This document shows positions 57,887 through 64,000 of a DNA stretch of 64,000 nucleotides, piece by piece. Numbering within the stretch: position 1 is the stretch's first letter; each line of letters starts with the position of its first letter. The notes beneath the pieces are model-generated. The model was given only the letters and a program-made list of their open reading frames with translations. It searched no databases and had not been told where the DNA came from. Where the stretch lies: IMG/VR virus record IMGVR_UViG_3300036760_001400. One strand, written 5' to 3'. The translations under genes were made by a program, and so were the position numbers. Origin of the DNA: an uncultured virus (IMG/VR IMGVR_UViG_3300036760_001400). Lineage: Duplodnaviria > Heunggongvirae > Uroviricota > Caudoviricetes.

Positions 57887-59455
57887 CTACGTGTAGAATC
57901 GTCTGGGAGAAATACCTTTAAGCTGGTATTCCCGGACAGAAGTCTCGCTTTCCGAGATCACCTGAGCAGGCTCAAGCTTGTCCATACAGTAGACCTTGTC
58001 CCTGAAGCATCCTGTCGTGACTCGTGGAGCTTGAAGGTAATGGTTGCATCCGAGGCAGCCGACATTTTCCGCCATCACACCACGAAAGTATGGAGTATCC
58101 GGAGGAAGCCTGTAAGCAGGATCAATACATCCAAAGACCGCTGCGATGGGAAGGTCAGCTGCAACCGCCAAGTGCATCGGAAACGAATCGATTCCAATAT
58201 AGAGAGAAGCCCGCCTCATCAGGCATGCCAGCTGATGCATGGTTGTCCGGTTCCTGAGATCAAGGTCACAGGGTACGGAGTTGTTGAGAATGAATCCGGT
58301 GAGTACCGTGAAGTAACCCTTTTTACGCCAGTAGTTCACGACTTCCGCGAACTTTACGTTGGTCCAGTTCCTCCCGACCCAGGCCGTGGGTCCAGGATTG
58401 ATGATCAGAATCGGCCTTCCCCTTGGAACGGTGGCATCAGCCCAACGGTCATCGTCAGAAGTCGGAAAGACCTCTGGAATATAGCTATCCAACTTGACGT
58501 CACAGGCTTCTGCATAAGCCTTGACGATATGGATCATAGGCCGGCGTTCATAGGCGAAGTCAAGGTCGTAGAAGTGGTCGTAGTTGGTGATGGGAAGCCT
58601 GAAACCGTTCTCGAGACGATCGATATTGGGGTTACGGGTCACGATATCCGGGAATCCGGTGATAAGCGAAATCTTCACATCAGGCCACTTCTTCCTGAGA
58701 GACCTGAAGATCGGGGTCACCAGAAGGACATCCCCGGTAGCTGAAGTCCTTCGGATCAAGACCGTCTTTGAGAAACTTCTCCGTTCAAGATAGTTCTTCC
58801 ACTGGTTCTTGAATATGGCCGCATTCCTGGCCTTGTATCCATCGAGATCAACGGTCTTTTTGACGAGTTCGGAAGTCTTTGATCCATGATGGAGGAGCTT
58901 CACATCGGCCTGGGAGATCAAGTAACCGGCTTCCCTCATCCGAAGCGAATAGTCCGCGTCCTCGTTATAAGCGAACCGATATATATCCAGGAAGAGCCCA
59001 TGCTTCCTGGCAAGGGAAACGGGGGTCATGAGACATGAACCCTCGATATATTCGACAACAGTTCCAGGGCATCCGACCCCTTCCTTTGTCAAGGCGGAAC
59101 ACTGGCCTTTGGTTCCTACGACAGCAACCTTCGGATCACTGAAACATGCTCCCATGGTCGTGAGCCAGCTTGGAGGGACTTCGACATCATTGTTAAGGAC
59201 AACGAAATACTCCCCCTTGGCCATCAGGAGAGCGTTGTTATGGGGAACCCCAAATCCAAGATTCTTCTCGTTCCGAACAACAATGACCCTGGGATCCGCT
59301 AAAGCCAGAGCATCCAGATAATCCAGGGTATCCTTCTCCGAAGCATTGTCCGTGACAATCAGCTCGAAATCAGAGCTATGCTTGAAAATGGAATCAAAAC
59401 ATCCCCGGGTGAATCCGAGGAGATTATGAACCGCGACAGAGATGGAGTATTTCAG
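57887..59455 (-). CDS. GT2 + GT9 fusion glycosyltransferase, probable CTG start
   Basis: frame stays open upstream of ATG 59224 as KYSISVAVHN...IVTDNAS...NLGFGVPHN; GT9 motifs GDVLL, IGIDSFPMHLA. Confidence 0.85.
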   Translation of the reverse strand: MKYSISVAVHNLLGFTRGCFDSIFKHSSDFELIVTDNASEKDTLDYLDALALADPRVIVVRNEKNLGFGVPHNNALLMAKGEYFVVLNNDVEVPPSWLTTMGACFSDPKVAVVGTKGQCSALTKEGVGCPGTVVEYIEGSCLMTPVSLARKHGLFLDIYRFAYNEDADYSLRMREAGYLISQADVKLLHHGSKTSELVKKTVDLDGYKARNAAIFKNQWKNYLERRSFSKTVLIRRTSATGDVLLVTPIFRSLRKKWPDVKISLITGFPDIVTRNPNIDRLENGFRLPITNYDHFYDLDFAYERRPMIHIVKAYAEACDVKLDSYIPEVFPTSDDDRWADATVPRGRPILIINPGPTAWVGRNWTNVKFAEVVNYWRKKGYFTVLTGFILNNSVPCDLDLRNRTTMHQLACLMRRASLYIGIDSFPMHLAVAADLPIAAVFGCIDPAYRLPPDTPYFRGVMAENVGCLGCNHYLQAPRVTTGCFRDKVYCMDKLEPAQVISESETSVREYQLKGISPRRFYT

Positions 59456-59463
59456 AAAACCGT

Positions 59464-59985
59464 CTAGAGAGATTCTGGAGCAATGTCGGAGAAAGAAGAC
59501 GGAAACGACGGGCGCTCCGGATCAGCGGGATATGCTGCATGGGCAATATAGTCCCCAACACCGACGGCTCCGCGATAATATCCATCATGGATGACCGTTC
59601 CATCCTGAACGATAGCCTCGGCTTTACTCGCAGATTCTTTGGCTGCTCCGAGAACTACCAAGAGAGCCTGGTTATCCGAAACTACAATCCTCTTCATGCT
59701 CCAAACCCACTCCTCTACAGCCTTGGGCTTCAAAGATTCCATCGCCTTCTCGATTCCGTCTTTCACAAGGTTCTTACGGCTTTCCTTACGCTCGTTCCAC
59801 GCTTCACCTTCAGACCCCGGGAGATTTTCAAGAATCTGAGGGAGCATGGAAACGAGAGCCTGGGTCATCGGATCCACGCGAGCTCCACCGACCATACGGG
59901 TTCGCTTGACAGGTTCCCTGTAGGATACGATCATCCCCTGGTCAAGAAGCTCGATTGAGACTGTGGAACGCAGCTCATAGTGCAT
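59464..59985 (-). CDS. hypothetical protein
   Basis: AAGGAGGT SD; 173 aa. Confidence 0.65.
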   Translation of the reverse strand: MHYELRSTVSIELLDQGMIVSYREPVKRTRMVGGARVDPMTQALVSMLPQILENLPGSEGEAWNERKESRKNLVKDGIEKAMESLKPKAVEEWVWSMKRIVVSDNQALLVVLGAAKESASKAEAIVQDGTVIHDGYYRGAVGVGDYIAHAAYPADPERPSFPSSFSDIAPESL

Positions 59986-59994
59986 GATACCTCC

Positions 59995-61620
59995 TTAAAA
60001 CTCCAAGTCCATTTTCTTAAAAATCACCGGACTCTGCCATCCCAATTTAGCTCCAGAGACAGTTGGATCGCTGGCAATCCATGGAGACCGTTCCGTAGGT
60101 TTCGCGACCACATATACGTGGGTATACTGCTCGGGTACTTCAGGATTTGCAGCAATTGCACGCGCTCCTACACCTGGGAAGCCAACCATGAGCAGCATGG
60201 CTCCTTCAAGCATGGTCTTATCGTCGCAGTTATGCTGAACGAGACCTTCCTCGGTAACCACATTGTGATTATCAAGAACGGTGATATCGCAACACTCGGC
60301 CTCTCCAGCCTCTTCAAACTTCTTAAGAGGAGCAGGAGCAAGGTCGGTAGAAACAGGCTTGTAGCCCCTGATATTTTTCCGCTCGATCAACCTCCAGATA
60401 GGAGAATGGCCAGCTCCCATATGGTTCATCTGGAGATACGGATGGAGTGTCCGTCCCATAACCAAATGAACAAGGCAAAGCATCCTGGCCAAGTGAGAAG
60501 AAGACGTGTTATGGATCAAGTTTGCATACTTAGCCCAAGCATGTTCGTCCTTGGGTTTGTAGGCATCTCCCAAAGCATAACCATCGATCAGAGCCTCGAG
60601 TTCAGACCTGGTCTTCGAGAGATAGTCCTCAGGAATCGTCTTCTCAAAAGACCCGCGTCCAAACTTCCTGAGGATCTCTTCTCGGAAGGCGTGATTCGAG
60701 GTACGCATGACCTTGACGCCATTGGACTGATGGGTCACGTAGTAAGGAACTCCGATCCGACCCATCGCGTCCGTAAGGAACGAAAAGAGAACAGGATCCT
60801 TGATCCCGATCGAAACGCGCTCATGGTTTCTATGATTCTTTTCATACCACCCTTCGGCCAAGTACATTCCTTCGATAAAGAGCCTGTCCGAAGTGGTCGC
60901 ATCAACGGAACCAAGCTCAGGAATCTTGAGAGCAAACGGAAGACGAGGAGCTCTCTTGTCTGTGAAGGACGAGAAGATCTCGTTAGCTCTTGCCTCCCGC
61001 TTACCAGGGCTCTTCCCTGAAGCCAGGAAGTAATCCATAAGATGCTGACTCGAGACCCTGAGTTCACGCGCGTTCTTCGTCCTGAGCTTGTATGTCTCCT
61101 TCACTCCCTTGTCATACCAGGCCACGATCGGCTTGAACTCAAAGGAGCTGATACCATAGTTGTACGAAAGAGCGTCATACTCGGCAAAGGAACCTTCGAG
61201 TTCACCGAGGCGCTTCACTCGATACGTATTATCGAGCTTCCTACGAAGGATAACCTTCGTATCTTTCTGGAAAGCATCCCCTCCTCCGATCATGAGCGTC
61301 CGGGCCGGCCAGACGAGCGTCTCGTGCTTCCGAGCATCACGCGTCCAACGGATATCGTCTCGAACAAAATCATGGATAGCCTTGTACTCACCAAGAAAAT
61401 CCTTCGGACGGACGCCGGCCTTCAGGATCGTGGCAATGGCCGCCTCACGGATGACCGGTCCATGCTCAGGGTGACGGACACTTTTCCAGACGATCTCTTT
61501 CATCCGGATCAGCGTGGCTTTCGTTCCCTTGTCTCCCCCTGGAATGGGAGTCAAGGTAAGACGTGAAGGAGGAAGAACACCAAGCCGGGTGGCTTGGGCA
61601 AGATTCCACATACGTGCCAT
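59995..61620 (-). CDS. transglutaminase-like cysteine protease containing an intein (192 aa after splicing)
   Basis: exteins join as GGGD-CDDK; THVY and SDPT complete a Cys-His-Asp triad; HDFVRDDIRW...D motif. Confidence 0.8.
   Translation of the reverse strand: MARMWNLAQATRLGVLPPSRLTLTPIPGGDKGTKATLIRMKEIVWKSVRHPEHGPVIREAAIATILKAGVRPKDFLGEYKAIHDFVRDDIRWTRDARKHETLVWPARTLMIGGGDAFQKDTKVILRRKLDNTYRVKRLGELEGSFAEYDALSYNYGISSFEFKPIVAWYDKGVKETYKLRTKNARELRVSSQHLMDYFLASGKSPGKREARANEIFSSFTDKRAPRLPFALKIPELGSVDATTSDRLFIEGMYLAEGWYEKNHRNHERVSIGIKDPVLFSFLTDAMGRIGVPYYVTHQSNGVKVMRTSNHAFREEILRKFGRGSFEKTIPEDYLSKTRSELEALIDGYALGDAYKPKDEHAWAKYANLIHNTSSSHLARMLCLVHLVMGRTLHPYLQMNHMGAGHSPIWRLIERKNIRGYKPVSTDLAPAPLKKFEEAGEAECCDITVLDNHNVVTEEGLVQHNCDDKTMLEGAMLLMVGFPGVGARAIAANPEVPEQYTHVYVVAKPTERSPWIASDPTVSGAKLGWQSPVIFKKMDLEF
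60229..61275 (-). mobile_element. intein, 349 aa, with LAGLIDADG-type domain and Ala at position 1
   Basis: block A AFQKDTKV, block B LRVSSQH, GMYLAEG and GYALGD, block F CCDITV..NHN, C-terminal HN then Cys. Confidence 0.85.
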
Positions 61621-61746
61621 AAGCTACCTCAAGAGAAACTTTCTCCATGGTAGCATATCGACGACTTCATGTCTAAGACGAAAAAAGCTCTCTTGCGGGA
61701 GCATGATACTCTGTAACAATACGACACCATTCCCTGTTGGCCACGT

Positions 61747-63738
61747 CTACTCCATGGGAACTTCAGGCTGAACAGGGGCCGGAACCGGAACCGGAGCAGG
61801 AACCGGCTTCACTACAGCCTTGGCATCGACAACCTTATCGACAGCGTCGTCGATCTCCTCCTCATCCTCCTCATCCACATCATCATCATCGCCTTCCATG
61901 TCAGCCTTCAGTTCCTCGATCATCAAGGCCTTGAGTTCATCGAACCAAGGCTTATGAGCATCGATAACTGCCTTTTCGGCAGGCGTGCAGGCACTCTTCA
62001 CAGCATTCATGAGCACGGCGGACGGGATATTGGCAATCAAGGCTTCCAAAGCAGGCTGATTGACATCGAGAAGAATGGGAAGGAAGAACTTAACCCCAAG
62101 CTTACCATCGATGTTTCCAAGCATGGCATACTTCACTTCGGGAAAACGCGTCAAGAAGTTCGAGATCATTGCAGCTGCTCCTTCCACTTTCTGTCCCTTC
62201 GGTGCAGGCGACATACCTGCAGCCGGCACCTCAACCTGGGGCCTAGAGGCCGCCTGAGGCGGCCGTGCCCCTCCCTGGCCTTTAAGGCTGGCCAGGATCG
62301 CATTTAGATCAATTCCAGGAGGAAGACCGGGAATTTGGGGCATTCCGCCCATCCCGCCCCCCATCTGCCCCATCATCTGAGGGACTCCACCCATGAAGGG
62401 AGCCATCATAGGGCCGGCGATAGCTCCAAGACCCTTCATGATCGATTCGAGACCGGAGGGCTTCTCATCGGGTTCCTGGCCATCCTTCATCCGTTCGGTG
62501 ATCGAGATGATGGCATCAGCAGCCTGCTGGGCCGTCTTCATCGAGTTAAGGCCCGATGAGGACATGATTCCAAAGACATCCTTCATCATCTCGAAATTAG
62601 AGTCCTTACCGTTCTTCATGAGTTCGAAGAACTTGAGCTGCATCTGCTGTTGATCGGAGATGGAGCTCTGGGAACCTTCCTTGGCGTTCTTGAGTTCCTG
62701 CTTCCGGAGCTCCATTTCAGCCTTAAAGCGCTCATCGCGTTCCTTGAGCTCGGCCATGAACCGTTCCCGATCGAGCCTAGCCTGCTCATCAGTCCTACGG
62801 CGCTCTTCCCGACGCTCGTCCTCCTGCTTCTGCTTCTCAGCCCTGGCTTCCTCGCGTCGGGTGACTTCCTGAGTCTCCCTGGCCCTATCCCGCTCTTCCT
62901 GGGCCTTTACCTGCATGGCAAACATGGTCTGAAGGGTAGACTCCTTTTCCTTCTGGGAGTCCTTTTCGACAAGGTGTTTAAGGAGCTCCCTGACCTCGCT
63001 ATCGGGTTTAGCGACCGCGGTCTGAGCCTGCTGCTGGCTTCGGACCAGGTCCTTGATCATGTCCTTGAGGTCCGAGATCTCAGAATTACCGGCTTTTTGG
63101 AGTGCCTGAGACGCTTGAGCCTCGATCTTGGCTTCCAGCTTGGCAACGGTTGCCTTCAGGTCAGCCGAGCTATCCTTACCTTTATCCTCAAACATGCTCT
63201 TATAGAGCAGAAGGTTATCCAACCCTCCCATCGAAGAAGTAGGAGCTTCCCTCACATCATCCTCCTCATCATCACCAGCCATCTGCTTCAGGAGCTTAGC
63301 CTGAGCCTTCATGGCCTGAATTTCCATTGAGTCCTTCTGACTCTTTTTCACCATGTTCATGACGTCTTTGAGGGGGTCGGTTGCAAGGCCACCGTTGACT
63401 TCCGCTGGAACGGGCACGGGGACCTCCTTTTCAGTGTATTCGATCTTGACCATGTCGACGCCCTTAAGCTCATGCTTTCGGTCGTCGCAGGGGATAGCGT
63501 AGTATCTAGAAGGGCCATGCTGCATGGCAAACTGATCTTTTATCCTACCCCTAAGACCCTCATAGCTCTCTTTTGCATCAAAAGAGATATGCCCAAGGAT
63601 GCTTTGAATCTCGCCTCCATGAGCGTGATCTTTGCCGATTTTTACCTTCCAGAAGCCTTGGCTCACCGCTTCTTCGGGCAAGCCCTCAAAAAACTCGGTG
63701 AATTTATCCATGCCGATGTGAGCTCGTCGTCCTGCCAT
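61747..63738 (-). CDS. large coiled-coil protein with acidic tail
   Basis: E/K/R/Q-rich helical centre, Met/Gly-rich segment; function unknown. Confidence 0.7.
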   Translation of the reverse strand: MAGRRAHIGMDKFTEFFEGLPEEAVSQGFWKVKIGKDHAHGGEIQSILGHISFDAKESYEGLRGRIKDQFAMQHGPSRYYAIPCDDRKHELKGVDMVKIEYTEKEVPVPVPAEVNGGLATDPLKDVMNMVKKSQKDSMEIQAMKAQAKLLKQMAGDDEEDDVREAPTSSMGGLDNLLLYKSMFEDKGKDSSADLKATVAKLEAKIEAQASQALQKAGNSEISDLKDMIKDLVRSQQQAQTAVAKPDSEVRELLKHLVEKDSQKEKESTLQTMFAMQVKAQEERDRARETQEVTRREEARAEKQKQEDERREERRRTDEQARLDRERFMAELKERDERFKAEMELRKQELKNAKEGSQSSISDQQQMQLKFFELMKNGKDSNFEMMKDVFGIMSSSGLNSMKTAQQAADAIISITERMKDGQEPDEKPSGLESIMKGLGAIAGPMMAPFMGGVPQMMGQMGGGMGGMPQIPGLPPGIDLNAILASLKGQGGARPPQAASRPQVEVPAAGMSPAPKGQKVEGAAAMISNFLTRFPEVKYAMLGNIDGKLGVKFFLPILLDVNQPALEALIANIPSAVLMNAVKSACTPAEKAVIDAHKPWFDELKALMIEELKADMEGDDDDVDEEDEEEIDDAVDKVVDAKAVVKPVPAPVPVPAPVQPEVPME

Positions 63739-63746
63739 TGACTGAA

Positions 63747-63775
63747 TTTATAGCAGACGCGCTAGAAGATATCAA
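63747..63775 (-). promoter_or_regulatory. sigma70-type promoter, probably leaderless transcript
   Basis: TTGATA-17-TATAAA with extended TG; ATG 8 nt downstream; no SD. Confidence 0.6.
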
Positions 63776-64000
63776 GACAATTTGACCACCCTCTACAATA
63801 ACGCCATCAGAGGGTTTGCAGGGTGTGTTCCGTAGGCCCGTTTCGTTATTCGGTTTGGGACGGTTAAGGAGGCTTAAATGCACTAAAAACTTCAGTAGTT
63901 CCTATCTATTGTAGTATAAAGGAGTTATGCGTATGAAGGTGTCCTAAGCATCTAGGAAGAGGGTATACAGATGGAGACGAGAGGGTCTTTAATGACCTGT

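Overview
This window looks like part of a large (>64 kb) dsDNA virus of a bacterium, judged by sigma70-type promoters, Shine-Dalgarno sites and group I introns. No terminase, portal, tail or replication genes are visible. A tailless, internal-membrane virus with single-jelly-roll-type capsid proteins is the best inference. Layout: (1) 1-4.3 kb, + strand accessory genes (methyltransferase, AAA ATPase, HTH). (2) 4.2-22.3 kb, - strand block of mostly membrane-anchored proteins with a Ser/Thr kinase and two retropepsin-like proteases. (3) 22.4-32.3 kb, glycosylation island. (4) 32.5-34.8 kb, + strand array of small genes, each preceded by a conserved palindromic TAATCTTC-N6-GAAGATWA site. (5) 34.8-47.3 kb, five collagen-like (G-X-T) fibre genes. 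(6) 47.5-54.9 kb, capsid module. The putative major capsid gene is reconstructed as five exons (185 aa) split by three group I introns, one carrying a LAGLIDADG endonuclease, and by an 83-nt group-I-like mini-intron that keeps P1, P10 and the terminal G but has no visible catalytic core. A tRNA-Met lies upstream. (7) An Arg-rich core-like protein, more glycosylation genes, a transglutaminase-like cysteine protease with an Ala-start intein at its catalytic Cys, and a coiled-coil protein. Many putative virion proteins share a [G/S/D]-[L/M/F]-G-X motif that may be a maturation-protease site. All calls come from reading motifs by eye; no searches were run.
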